Below, one piece after another: positions 19,926-30,699 of a stretch of 64,000 bases of DNA; the stretch's first letter is position 1, and every line of letters begins with the position of its first letter. The notes under the pieces are model-generated. The model did no database searches and had not been told where the DNA came from. It saw only the letters and a list, made by a program, of their open reading frames with translations. Origin of the DNA: an uncultured Acidimicrobiales bacterium (lineage in GTDB: Bacteria; Actinomycetota; Acidimicrobiia; Acidimicrobiales; UBA10347); assembly GCA_943788915.1 (NCBI GenBank), contig CALSSD010000005.1, forward strand, positions 558,001-622,000, in the 5' to 3' direction. A program made the translations under genes and the position numbers.

Positions 19926-21548
19926 TTATCGGAAGACACCGAATCCCTCTGCTCCCTTGACGTCATTGTTGTGGCAAGCCGACAGCGACATAGCAACCAC
20001 GTCTCTGGTGTCGCGTGGATCGATGATGCCGTCGTCACCGATGCGGCCAGTCGCATACAACGCCAACGACTTGAGCTCGTGGTAGTGCTCGACCTCGGCC
20101 ACCATCTCGGCGTCGGCAGTCTCGTCGAACTCCAGGCCCTTTCGGGCAGCTTGGCCTCGCCGCACGAGTGACATGACACCGGCGATCTGCTTCGGGCCCA
20201 TAATCGCAACCTTGGCAGTTGGCCACAGATACGTGAACCTGGTGTTGAAACCTCGACCAGACATGCCGTAGTTGCCGGCCCCATAGCTCGATCCCAGGAT
20301 CACGCTGATATGGGGCACCGTCGAGTTCGACACGGCATTGATCATGCGACTGCCGTTCTTGACGATCCCTCCATGTTCAAAGTCCTTACCGACCATGAAG
20401 CCGGTGATGTTGTGCAGGAACAACAACGGGATGTCTTGTTGGTTGCAAAGCTGAATGAACTGCGCCGCCTTGTTCGCACTCTCACTGAACAGCGGCCCAT
20501 TGTTCCCAATGATGCCCACCGGATATCCATGGACATGGGCCCAGCCACAGATCAGCGTGGTGCCGTATCGGGCCTTGAACTCTTCGAATCGGCTGCCGTC
20601 GACGGTGCGAGCGATGACTTCTCGTACATCAATGGCAGTGGCAAGGTCACGACTGATCAGACCAAGAAGTTCCTCGGGATCATGGACTGGTTCATCACCG
20701 GTGCCAGTTGCGCCAGGGCCGCGTTTCTGGTGGTTGAGATGGGCCACGACCTCGCGACACATGCGCAACGCATCGAGTTCGTCCTCGGCGAGATAGTCCG
20801 CAAGCCCACTGGTTTCGGCATGCATCTGTGCGCCGCCCAACGTCTCGTCGTCGGAGATCTCGCCCGTTGCCATCTGGACCAGGGGTGGCCCCCCAAGAAA
20901 GACTTTGGATCGTTCCTTGATGAAGATGTTGTAGTCACTCATGCCCGGCTGATAGGCGCCGCCTGCGGTTGACGAGCCGAACACGACCGCGATAGAAGGG
21001 ATTCCGAGTTTGGACAACTCGGTGACGTCATAGAACAGACGGCCTGATTCACCGAAGTGGTCGAGTTGTTCGCGCATCTGACGCTCTGGATCATCGGAGC
21101 CCCGAAGGTCGCCACCCGCTGACTCAACGAACTGCACATACGGAAGACGATTCTCGCGGCTGATCTGGATTGCCCGCATGATCTTCTTACCAGCGAACGC
21201 GGTGATCGCTCCGCCCAAGACGGTGGGGTCGTTGCCCATGATCATGCATTCTGTGCCTTCGATCACGCCGATACCCATAACCAAACCACCACCGACGGCA
21301 TAGTCGGAGCAGTAGGCAGCGAGGGGGCTGATCTCATAGAACGGCGAATCGCGATCGATGACCGCCGATATTCGTTCACGGATCGGCAGCTTGCCCCGGG
21401 AACGTAGGCGCTCCATCGAACGTTCGCCTCCGCCACCAGCGGCCTCGAGGTTCAGACGGTCGATTTCCGCGAGCTGTTCAAGCATGTCGTTGCGATTACA
21501 CGCGAACTGTTCGGTTCCCGTATCCAACGTGCTTCGTAGAGTTACCAC
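19926..21548 (-). CDS. Acyl-CoA carboxylase beta (carboxyltransferase) subunit, AccD2/AtuC-like
   Basis: GSSTAGGAY, FLGGPPLV, NITGFMVG, YGAGNYGM, FGVFR. Confidence 0.92.
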   Translation of the reverse strand: MVTLRSTLDTGTEQFACNRNDMLEQLAEIDRLNLEAAGGGGERSMERLRSRGKLPIRERISAVIDRDSPFYEISPLAAYCSDYAVGGGLVMGIGVIEGTECMIMGNDPTVLGGAITAFAGKKIMRAIQISRENRLPYVQFVESAGGDLRGSDDPERQMREQLDHFGESGRLFYDVTELSKLGIPSIAVVFGSSTAGGAYQPGMSDYNIFIKERSKVFLGGPPLVQMATGEISDDETLGGAQMHAETSGLADYLAEDELDALRMCREVVAHLNHQKRGPGATGTGDEPVHDPEELLGLISRDLATAIDVREVIARTVDGSRFEEFKARYGTTLICGWAHVHGYPVGIIGNNGPLFSESANKAAQFIQLCNQQDIPLLFLHNITGFMVGKDFEHGGIVKNGSRMINAVSNSTVPHISVILGSSYGAGNYGMSGRGFNTRFTYLWPTAKVAIMGPKQIAGVMSLVRRGQAARKGLEFDETADAEMVAEVEHYHELKSLALYATGRIGDDGIIDPRDTRDVVAMSLSACHNNDVKGAEGFGVFR

Positions 21549-21599
21549 CTACCAAATCTACGTGTACAGACGGGAAGGCACCAAGGTCAAGCACCAAGG

Positions 21600-22379
21600 T
21601 CAGGCGTCGCGTGCCCCGCCATCCACTGCGATATCAGCCCCGGTGATATGCCACGCAGCCTCGCTGGCCACGAAAGCAACGACGCGCCCAACGTCGTTGG
21701 GGGTCGGCAACCGCTCGGTGAGATTGGGCATCGAGTTGTCGAGCGCCCAACGCTCGGCCTGCTCCCACGACTCGCCGTGGCCGTCACGGGCGGCTCGACG
21801 CGTAACCATGGCCCGCACCTCGTCGGTCGCGATCATCCCCGGGCTCACCAGGTTGGCGGTTACCCCTGAGCCCCGCAGCTCCATCGCAAGCGTGCGCACC
21901 ACGGTTGGCAGTGCGGTCTTGGCCCCGTAGTAACCCACGTTTCGGTTGCCGGGTTGTTGGGTGCCGACCGTGCCCATGAAAATGATGCGCCCCCAACCCC
22001 GGTCGCGCATGGCTGGCATACAGGCCTGCGTGACCCGCACCGCAGCGAGCACGTTCACGTTCCACTCCTCTTCCCAGTTCACCATGCTCGACCAGCTGGA
22101 CCCACCTGGAGCGCCGTAATTATTCACCAAAACATCGACCCGGCTCGCAACGTCGACCAGGTGATCCATCGCCGTGTCGGACCTAATGTCGGAGGTGACT
22201 GCCTCGGCGCTGAAGCCTGCGTCCACGAGTTCCTGAGCGACCGGATCTGCCTGGCCTGACGCAAACCCGTGAATCACCACATGGGCTCCCTCAGCAGCCA
22301 GCACACCCGCGATACCGCGGCCGGTCCCGCGGTAACTTCCCGTAATAAGAGCCGTCTTACCTGCCAGTTGTAGATCCAT
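21600..22379 (-). CDS. SDR family oxidoreductase
   Basis: TGSYRGTG, VLVNN, YYGAK, ITGADIAVDGG. Confidence 0.88.
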   Translation of the reverse strand: MDLQLAGKTALITGSYRGTGRGIAGVLAAEGAHVVIHGFASGQADPVAQELVDAGFSAEAVTSDIRSDTAMDHLVDVASRVDVLVNNYGAPGGSSWSSMVNWEEEWNVNVLAAVRVTQACMPAMRDRGWGRIIFMGTVGTQQPGNRNVGYYGAKTALPTVVRTLAMELRGSGVTANLVSPGMIATDEVRAMVTRRAARDGHGESWEQAERWALDNSMPNLTERLPTPNDVGRVVAFVASEAAWHITGADIAVDGGARDA

Positions 22380-22456
22380 CGGCCGTGTCTAGCAGATGCA
22401 AACCGGCGGCCCGAACTAGTGATCCACCCTTGTGGCCCGAACGTGTTCCGCAGCGA

Positions 22457-23839
22457 TCAGACGCGGCGGGCAAGCACCACGAATATGGTGCGGAGCAGGA
22501 TCTGGATGTCGAGCACCGGTGTCCAGTTCACGAGATACTGCAGGTCGTGCCCGAGCTTGAAGCCAGGGTCGGTGTGGTAGCTGCCGTTGACTTGTGCCAG
22601 CCCGGTGATTCCAGGGCGAATGTCGTGGCGGCGACCGTACCCGGGGATAACCATCTCGAAGCGATCCGCCAGTTCCTGTCGTTCGGGCCGCGGGCCCACA
22701 AGGGCCATCTCACCCCGGATGACGTTCCACACCTGGGGTAACTCATCGAACCGCATCGACCGCATCCAAGCCATCGCAGGGATGACACGTTCGTCCTCGC
22801 GCGTTGCAAGTACCGGACCCGTGACATCTTCGGCCCCGATGTACATCGTGCGAATTTTCACCATCGAGAACTCGCGCCCGTACCGGCCCACTCGTTCCTG
22901 GCGATAGAACACCGACTTGCCAGCAACGATTCTGGCGTAGACCACCGTGAACACCATCAGCGGCAACAGCAGTGGCAAAGCCACGAGCACATACACCAAG
23001 TCGAGCAGCCGCTTGAACCGGGCCTTGGACGGCGGCATTGCATGAGATCGCAACGCAACAAACGGCATGCCGGCGATCTGACGCGTCTTCTTCACCCCAA
23101 GGAGTGTGTCCGAGGGTGTGAGTCGGTGATAAACACCCACCCGCTGCTTTTCGAAATCCTCGAGGGGGCGGGGGTACACCTCGCTCAGTTCGATCCCACC
23201 CAGTAGAAGGACATCGCTCACACGGAGTTCTTCCACCGCCTCAGCAAGATGTTCGGTGCTCGACCGTCGGCCGACCACGATGGGATCACGATCGGTCTCG
23301 ACCAGATGGGCCTCGGCCAATTCGATATCGTCGGGATTACCAACCAGCAGGACCTGGGGACGACCAAACCGGGCGGTCAGCACCCGGTGTGCAAGCCACC
23401 GATTAAAGGACAGGGCGCAGGCCGCTACGACAGCAAACACTGCCAGGTTGAGCCGGGGCATGAGGAACTTGGACGCACCCAAAGATAACGACGCATCGAT
23501 CAAGACGGCGATGGCGGTTAATGATGTGGTCCGAGGAAGCCGAGATGTTGCACCAAGACGTGAGTCGATCTCATACAACCCGCCGAAGTAGGCAACCACA
23601 ATGTGCACCACGGTCACGACTGCGAAACCAGCGAGATAGTCCACAATCGAGTAGCTCGGCCAACTCACTCCCCACCGGACGAACGAAATGAGCAGCATCG
23701 CGCCAAACAACGTGATGACATCAACGACGTACATCCATCGGAAGCCGCTGTGGTCGCGCACCGAAAGCGCTGGCGGGCGCGAGGCGGCCCGGGATGCGGT
23801 CGATCCGGGCGTGGTACCCGTTTCTGCCTCGGCGGTCAT
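22457..23839 (-). CDS. Polyprenyl glycosylphosphotransferase (WcaJ/WbaP-like sugar transferase)
   Basis: N-terminal TMs, KRLLD, KIRTM, DELPQVWNV, GEMALVGPRPE, RPGITGLAQV. Confidence 0.9.
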   Translation of the reverse strand: MTAEAETGTTPGSTASRAASRPPALSVRDHSGFRWMYVVDVITLFGAMLLISFVRWGVSWPSYSIVDYLAGFAVVTVVHIVVAYFGGLYEIDSRLGATSRLPRTTSLTAIAVLIDASLSLGASKFLMPRLNLAVFAVVAACALSFNRWLAHRVLTARFGRPQVLLVGNPDDIELAEAHLVETDRDPIVVGRRSSTEHLAEAVEELRVSDVLLLGGIELSEVYPRPLEDFEKQRVGVYHRLTPSDTLLGVKKTRQIAGMPFVALRSHAMPPSKARFKRLLDLVYVLVALPLLLPLMVFTVVYARIVAGKSVFYRQERVGRYGREFSMVKIRTMYIGAEDVTGPVLATREDERVIPAMAWMRSMRFDELPQVWNVIRGEMALVGPRPERQELADRFEMVIPGYGRRHDIRPGITGLAQVNGSYHTDPGFKLGHDLQYLVNWTPVLDIQILLRTIFVVLARRV

Positions 23840-23887
23840 AACGCAAGGGTAGTTGGTGTGCCGCCCACCGAAGCCCCACGGGCAGGT

Positions 23888-24676
23888 CTAGGCACTCTGC
23901 GGTGCAGTTTTCGCCCAGTCGGCAAGCCGGAGATCAGGCGTAAGTGCCTTCCGGGTCATAGCCATAGTCACGATGATCACCGAGAGCGCCGCGGCTCCCA
24001 GCACCAGAAACATGACGACGAGCTGGATCAAGACTGCATCGATTGGGTCCACCCCAGCCAGAAGCAGTCCGGTCATGGCCCCCGGCAACGCGATCAGCCC
24101 GACGACCTTGGTGCGCTCAATCTGAGGGACGAGGGCAAGCCGTGCCACATCGTGAACCACGCGCTTCGTCGACGCTGGCCCGTCGAAACCCAACGCAAGC
24201 ATGGCTTCAATCTGACCAGCTGAATCGATGAGTTGGGAGCGGGTGCGATCGACTGCCTGTATGACCGTGGGCATGGTGTTGCCGATCGTGATGCCTGCGA
24301 TGACGACCACCGACACGGCTTCGATGGCCAACACACCAAGCCCAAAGACCACCGCAAGCACGACACCAACGGTGAGACCGATCGCCGCAAGACCAACGAA
24401 TGCCAAGTCTCGGCCTGCTCCGGTGCGGCGGGCAACAACTACGCCAGCAATCACCACCATCGCCACTACCCACAACCCTGACCACCAATTGGCAAAGCTC
24501 GACTCGAAGATCACTGAGAAGAACGCGCCGACCGCAAGCAGCTGCACTGTCGCACGGGCTGACGCCCACAAGACCGAACGTTCAAGACCCAAACGCTGCC
24601 ACCACGACACACCAATAACAATCACAATCAATACGAGCGAGATTGCTGCTTGCCAGATCTCGACATCGGTGCGCAA
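23888..24676 (-). CDS. FetB/YbbM (UPF0014) ABC permease
   Basis: RATVQLLAVG, GITIGNTM, IEAMLALG, GLIALPGAMTGLLLAG.DP. Confidence 0.85.
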   Translation of the reverse strand: MRTDVEIWQAAISLVLIVIVIGVSWWQRLGLERSVLWASARATVQLLAVGAFFSVIFESSFANWWSGLWVVAMVVIAGVVVARRTGAGRDLAFVGLAAIGLTVGVVLAVVFGLGVLAIEAVSVVVIAGITIGNTMPTVIQAVDRTRSQLIDSAGQIEAMLALGFDGPASTKRVVHDVARLALVPQIERTKVVGLIALPGAMTGLLLAGVDPIDAVLIQLVVMFLVLGAAALSVIIVTMAMTRKALTPDLRLADWAKTAPQSA

Positions 24677-24679
24677 GGG

Positions 24680-25165
24680 TCAGCCGCTCGACTGTTGGAC
24701 CAGCGTGGCCCGTAGATGGTGGGTGAGAGGTTCACCAACGGCCGCCATCGATACTTGGTACTCAAGTGTCGTCACCCCGGCGTGCTGTTCCACCCATATC
24801 TGACGGTGGACATCGGTCACTGACTTTGCAGTGGGCGTGGTGTGCACCCCATCGATTTGCAGCACAAGAGCGCCCCCATCAACTGTGCCACTGTGTAACT
24901 CGACGATGCCCGACGGTTGGACCACCACGAACTCGACCCGGCCAGCACCCACAGCCCGCAGGTAGCCAGCCTCGGCATGGAGCGGCGCACCGCTCACCGC
25001 GTGTTTCGTCTTCTGGGTGTAGGCCAAAAAGGGCTTACCTACGTGGGAAAAGGTGACCTCTTCGGTGTACCCAAAACTCTCGATCGTGGGATATGACCCC
25101 TCTCCAGCGCCACGCCATACGCCAAGTAGAAAGCCAAGCTGTTCACAGTCTGGGTGAAGATCCAT
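24680..25165 (-). CDS. Nitrobindin / FABP-like heme-binding beta-barrel (DUF1794)
   Basis: LLGVWRGAGEGSYPTI, GKPFLAY, PLHAEAGY, C-terminal HLRATL. Confidence 0.88.
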   Translation of the reverse strand: MDLHPDCEQLGFLLGVWRGAGEGSYPTIESFGYTEEVTFSHVGKPFLAYTQKTKHAVSGAPLHAEAGYLRAVGAGRVEFVVVQPSGIVELHSGTVDGGALVLQIDGVHTTPTAKSVTDVHRQIWVEQHAGVTTLEYQVSMAAVGEPLTHHLRATLVQQSSG

Positions 25166-25685
25166 GCCCGGAGTCTTACAGGTTGGACGAACCAGCTGGT
25201 CGCTTAGCGGCCACACCCGTCCAGCCGGTTTGCCCGGCTGACCACGACTCGGTCCAGCTCGATTCCAAAGTCAAGAACCGAGCAACGTCGGTTGGGACAG
25301 CTCCACATTTACCGACACAGGCATTGAAGAACGCCGTCATCGCCGTCATCGCCGTCAGGAGCCTCGGTGCGACGACAGGCTACGACCCTGGCATATCCGA
25401 TATCCGACAACGCAAACCGATCGTGGCGCCAATGATCACGGATCCATACGATGAGCGCTGTGCAGGTGGCGTTCGACAGGGTGCGCGGCTGGTGGCTGCA
25501 AAACATTCGGCGATAGCAATCCGCAACATCTGGAGCCTTTGGGTGCTGGCTCGGCCATCTCACGTAGGTCAAGGTCGCCAAATGGCCGCCCGGCAAGTAT
25601 CCCCGCAACCAAACAGCGCTCTATCTCAACGGGCGGCTTGTGCGTCGAGTTTGAGTCCTACGCAGGCAGAGAGCCGCACACAGAT

Positions 25686-26513
25686 TTACAGCCGACCGCC
25701 GTCGACAAGGAAGTGTTGCGCCGTGCAGGCAGCGCCATCGTCGGCCGCGAGAAAAAGAACCATCTGCACAAATTCGTCGGCATAGATGCGGCGCTTCAAT
25801 GCCTGGGTTTCCAGCGTGCCCGCCTCGCCCTCGGGACTCCACCACTTCTCAAGTTGGCGTTGAGTCGCAACCCATCCAGGCAACACCGTGTTCACCCGCA
25901 CACCCTGGGGCCCGAACGTTTCTGCCAGTGTGCGGGTGATCCCCTCGACCCCCGACTTAGCGATGGCATACCCAGGAAAAAAGTCTTCCTTGCGCATATA
26001 ACTGCTGGAACCAATGTTCACGATTGACCCGTGGCGAGCATCAAGCATTGCCGGCGCAACTGCCTGAATGGCGAAGAAGTAGTGCCGCAGGTTGACATTG
26101 ATCCTGTCATCCCAATATTCGGGCGTCATCTCATCCCATGAATGACGGTCATCGTTCGCTGCGTTGTTCACCAATACCTGCAACGAACCAAAATCTTCCT
26201 GGGCGGTAGCCACGGCCGACTGCAGCGCCTCGATATCAACAAGATCGACATGATGGAAGACCGGCACATGTCGGGCTTCACCACCACATCGTTCAATGGT
26301 CTCGAGCGCCTTTGCCTCGTTGATGTCGGCAAAGGCCACCTGGCTGCCTTGACGCACGAAATGTTCGACGGCGGCGCTGCCGATCCCATCGGCGCCACCG
26401 GTTATGAACACGGTGCGGTCCACGAGTGATGGGTAACTCGCGTACTTCTGCACCGGTGCAGCCGTCGGGTCTGTTGAAGCGCCATCGGCCAGGTCGAACG
26501 TCTTAGGCATCAC
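25686..26513 (-). CDS. SDR sugar 1-dehydrogenase (Caulobacter XylB-like)
   Basis: YPSL..VFITGGADGIG, VNNAANDDRH, YWDDRINVNLRH, YAIAK, TQRQLEKW. Confidence 0.8.
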   Translation of the reverse strand: MMPKTFDLADGASTDPTAAPVQKYASYPSLVDRTVFITGGADGIGSAAVEHFVRQGSQVAFADINEAKALETIERCGGEARHVPVFHHVDLVDIEALQSAVATAQEDFGSLQVLVNNAANDDRHSWDEMTPEYWDDRINVNLRHYFFAIQAVAPAMLDARHGSIVNIGSSSYMRKEDFFPGYAIAKSGVEGITRTLAETFGPQGVRVNTVLPGWVATQRQLEKWWSPEGEAGTLETQALKRRIYADEFVQMVLFLAADDGAACTAQHFLVDGGRL

Positions 26514-26581
26514 CAGACCCTAGCGATCTATCAGCGTCGCCATTAGCCGCCGAACCAGACGAACGTCTGTACGATGGCAGG

Positions 26582-29478
26582 GTGCTCGGCAAGAACTTGA
26601 CCTTCGTTGCGGCTGATCCGCCGCGACAGTCATTCTTTGCCGCTTGGGATCCCGACAATCCTGGTGGTCTCGGTGCCGAATCCACACTTGATATCGAACT
26701 CGCTCTTCCCGCGTCGAGAGGCACCCAGAAACGCACCGTTGCTGCGCAGAAGTTCGCGCTGACCGACGCGATCGATCAACTCACAACGCTGCGCCGAGAC
26801 GAAACCGCAAGCGAATCCGCCCATGCGTGGGCGGGGGTTGTCCGAACCGGCCTGGCGTTGATCGCTCGAGGCAAGGTGTTGCCGTGGGTCAGCCCTAGCG
26901 GATACGACACCTGGCGGGTCGATCCGCTCGACCCTGGCGACCACCAGATGCTTGCCTCGCTCGTGCATGCGCTTCCGGCCGTTGCTCACGCCACTCCCGG
27001 GTCCGGCCGAGGGAGCATCGCCGATCCGGCCTATGCCATCAGAGCAGCCTTCGATGCCATTGCCGACACCTTCATTCGTACCCCGGCGGCCCATCGAGTT
27101 GGGTCACTGCGCCTTTTCGCTGATGCCGTACCCACCAAGGTGCCACACCTGCGGCCGTGGGTAAACGACCTTGCAGCCGCCCATTGCTCGAACAGCCGCC
27201 TCGTCCTGCGGATGCATCCGCCGGTGCAAACCACACACCCCGACACGACAGACGGCGCCGAGGCTGCCCCATCTCATGCGGCCCTATCCCATGGGACCCC
27301 GCCCGAGTCTGGGGCAGAAGACTTGGACCAGCCATGGCGGGTCACGTTTGCGCTTCAGTCCAAATCCGATCCGTCATTGCTCGTCGATGCTCGTGACTAT
27401 TGGCTCGCTCCTACCGAGGTCATGGACCGACTAGGCCACCAGGCCGAAACCACGTTGCTCGCCGGGCTGCTCACCGTCACCAAACTGGTCACGCCGTGGT
27501 CGGGTCTGCTCGACGACGTAGCCCCCACCGAAGGGACCCTCGACGGTGAAGACCTCGACGCGTTCCTGGACCAACTCGACGCACTCGAAGAAGCCGACAT
27601 CGATGTTCGGTGGCCGTCCGAGTTGGTCGCCCCCAAGATCACACGACAACTTGTGCTGTCCGCAGGCGCGCCGAGCAGCGGCCTGCCGTCTGCAATGAAC
27701 CTCGAGAACCTGCTGGACGTCGACTGGGAATTCCTGCTCGAAGACATCGCCCTCACCGCCGAGGAACTCCGGGTGCTGGCCGAGGCGAAACGTTCCGTGG
27801 TCTCGCTGCGGGGCCGCTGGGTTCGCCTCGACCGCGAGACGCTACGCAAGCTGCGGGCTCCAGCACCAGCAATCAGCGTGACCACCGCGCTCGCGGCAGC
27901 ACTTGGCGCCGACGTCGACCTGGCGAATGACCCGAATGCTGCTGCACTTGGTATCGACGCCGACGAAGAGATCGCCATTCGCGTCATCGGCGCGCTCGAC
28001 GAACTCGTCCTGCGTCTCCAGACTCTCACCGGCGAACGGTTGGCCGACGACCCGGCGAACCTGCTGGCCGAACTACGCCACTATCAAAAGCGTGGCCTCG
28101 CATGGATGTCGGATCTGTGCCAGCTCGGCTTCGGCGGATGCTGGCCGACGATATGGGTTTGGGCAAGACCATTCAAGTGCTTGCGCTTCACGCGACACGC
28201 CGTGCACAAGCGAAGGAAACAGGTGTCGCTGCCGGTCCAACGCTGGTCATCTGTCCAACATCGCTGATGAACAACTGGGCCCGCGAGGCCAGACGTTTCG
28301 TGCCCGACTACGACGTCCACATCTTCCATGGAGCAAACCGCAGTCTCGAAGCGGCATCGAACGACGCGATCATCGTGACCAGTTACGGCGTCGTACGCAG
28401 CGACGCCGCACTGCTTGGTTCGATCGAGTGGGACCTGGTCGTCGCCGACGAAGCGCAACATGCCAAGAACCCCAGGTCACGCACTGCCAAGGCTATTCGC
28501 CAGATCTCGCATGGTGTCCGTATCGCGCTCACCGGAACACCGGTGGAGAACAACCTCAGTGAACTGTGGTCGATTATCGATTGGTCCGTGCCCGGGTTAC
28601 TTGGCCCACTCGAGGCCTTCCGTCGCACCATCGCATTACCGATCGAACGAGACGGCGATCGCAGGGCCACCGAACGTCTGCAACGGTTGATTCAACCGTT
28701 TCTGCTGCGTCGCACCAAAACCGACGAAGGCATCGCGCCCGAACTCCCGGCCAAGATCGAACGCGACCTCATCGTGCCACTATCTGATGAACAGGTCACG
28801 TTGTACAAGGCAACGACCGAACAGGTTCTTGCTGAAGTCGCTGGTGCCGAGGGGATCGATCGTCGCGGCCTCATTCTCAAGCTGCTTACCGGCCTCAAGC
28901 AGATCACCAATCACCCAGCACAATTCTTGGGCGAGACCGGCCCCCTCGATGCCAGGTCAGGCAAACTCGATGCCCTCGACGAACTGTTGGCCACTGCCGA
29001 TGCTGCTGGCGAGTCCACCCTGATCTTTAGCCAGTACGTGGCCATGGCCAAGCTGATCGCCGAACATCAACAGGTGCGGGGTCGACAGATTGCGGTGCTC
29101 CACGGCGGACTATCGGTCAAGGCCCGTCAAGAACTTGTCGACCGGTTTCAGGCTGGCGACCTTCGTATCCTCATGTTGTCTCTCAAGGCAGGGGGCACTG
29201 GTTTGAACCTGACTGCGGCAACCAATGTGGTCCATTATGACCGTTGGTGGAATCCGGCGGTCGAAGATCAAGCGACCGACCGGGCGTACCGGATCGGTCA
29301 GACCAAGGCCGTGACCGTGCATCGCATCATCACCGAAGGCACCGTCGAGGACCGGGTCGCGGACTTGTTGACGGCCAAGCGCAAACTGGCTGCGTCTGTC
29401 ACCGGAGCTGGCGAAAGCTGGATCGGCAACCTCGACGACGACGACCTAGCCGAGCTCGTGCAGTTGTCCGTGTCATGA
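26582..29478 (+). CDS. SNF2-family helicase (HelZ/Rv2101-like), frameshift near 28141
   Basis: LRHYQKRGLAW..GFGGC | LADDMGLGKT, DEAQH, TGTPVEN, LLRRTK, SLKAGGTGLNL, WWNPAVEDQATDRAYRIGQ. Confidence 0.9.
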
Positions 29479-29503
29479 ATGTCTCTGTCGTGAGTAGGCG
29501 CTG

Positions 29504-30634
29504 ATGGCCAAGGTTCGCAAGTTCGGAAACACTTGGTGGGGCAAGGCGTGGCTCGACGCGCTTGAGCAACGGGCCCTCGTCGACCCGAATCGCCTTCCTC
29601 GGGGTCGCACCTACGCTCGACAGGACCGAGTGCGCGAGATCGAGCTGTCACCGGGCGAGCTCCGCGCTCACGTGTGGGGCACTCGGGAAGATCCGTACAC
29701 CACAACACTTTCCATGCGGGTGTTAACCGAGGCCGAGTGGGACACCATCTTGGAACTCGCCATGAACAAGGCCAGCAACATCGCGGCACTGCTCGCTGGA
29801 GAGGTGCCACGGGAGATCGGGGACCATGTGCTTCCCGATCGCGGCGACCTTGGCCCCGAGTGTTCATGTCCCGATTGGGCTGAGCCGTGCAAACATGCCG
29901 CGGCGTTGTGTTATGTCGCCGCTGACATGTTCGATGCCGACCCCTTCGCTCTGCTCACACTCCGTGGCCGCAGCCGCGACGCCGTGCTGACCCAGGTGCG
30001 AGCTCGCCGTAGCGAACGCCTGGGCGTCGATCTCACCCCGTCGAGCGATCAGCCACGCGGTGCCGACCCAACCATCTCCGGGTCGCAGGCCTTTCGCCGA
30101 CAGACTGTTTCGCTCCAGCAGTCAGCGCCGCTACCGAGCCGGCCTGGTTCCATGGTCTCGCTGGCGGTAGATCCCAGCGCAGATGCTGGCATCGATACCG
30201 ACGAGCTCGCCGACCTGGTCAGCGACGCTGCCGAACGGGCATGGTCCATGCTGGCAGGTGGCAGCGAAAGTGGGCTCGATCTGAGCGTGGGAGCCGACGT
30301 CGTTCGTCGAGCAGCGCGCGGTAACACCGACCGGATCGCCGAGGCCACCGGTCTCGACCCGAGCGAGTTGCAAGCTGCAGTCGCTGCGTGGCGCATCGGT
30401 GGGCTCGCCGGGTTCACTGCGCACAAGGCAAAACTCGAGGTCGACCCAGCCGCAATGGCACGCGGGCAACAAAGCTTGGGCGACGGCGCCCGAGTCCGAG
30501 GTAATACCACCAGCCTGGGCACGACCCAGTTACGGCTCGATGCCGACGGGCGGTGGTGGCGTTTCACCGCCGACGATCGGCTCGGCTGGTTGTTAACCGA
30601 TGGGCCTGCCGACGACCCCGACGACTTCGTCTGA
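29504..30634 (+). CDS. SWIM zinc finger protein (Rv2102-like)
   Basis: FGNTWWG, RLPRGRTYAR, CSCPD..PCKHAAA, DPFALLTLRG. Confidence 0.9.
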   Translation: MAKVRKFGNTWWGKAWLDALEQRALVDPNRLPRGRTYARQDRVREIELSPGELRAHVWGTREDPYTTTLSMRVLTEAEWDTILELAMNKASNIAALLAGEVPREIGDHVLPDRGDLGPECSCPDWAEPCKHAAALCYVAADMFDADPFALLTLRGRSRDAVLTQVRARRSERLGVDLTPSSDQPRGADPTISGSQAFRRQTVSLQQSAPLPSRPGSMVSLAVDPSADAGIDTDELADLVSDAAERAWSMLAGGSESGLDLSVGADVVRRAARGNTDRIAEATGLDPSELQAAVAAWRIGGLAGFTAHKAKLEVDPAAMARGQQSLGDGARVRGNTTSLGTTQLRLDADGRWWRFTADDRLGWLLTDGPADDPDDFV

Positions 30635-30699
30635 CATGGTGGGGCCCCACCCTCCTTGGAGCGACGAGTGATGATCTATACCAATGTTTGAGGAAACCA

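Noticed and set aside
17888..20284. 798-aa carboxylase with long N-terminal extension, as in the ORF track
   Set aside because: The extension overlaps the beta-subunit gene in another frame; homology starts at RRLLVANRGEIA
28100..28270. Programmed ribosomal frameshift or genuine two-gene SNF2
   Set aside because: No slippery heptamer; the break falls inside the conserved GGCLADDMGLGKT motif and one base restores it
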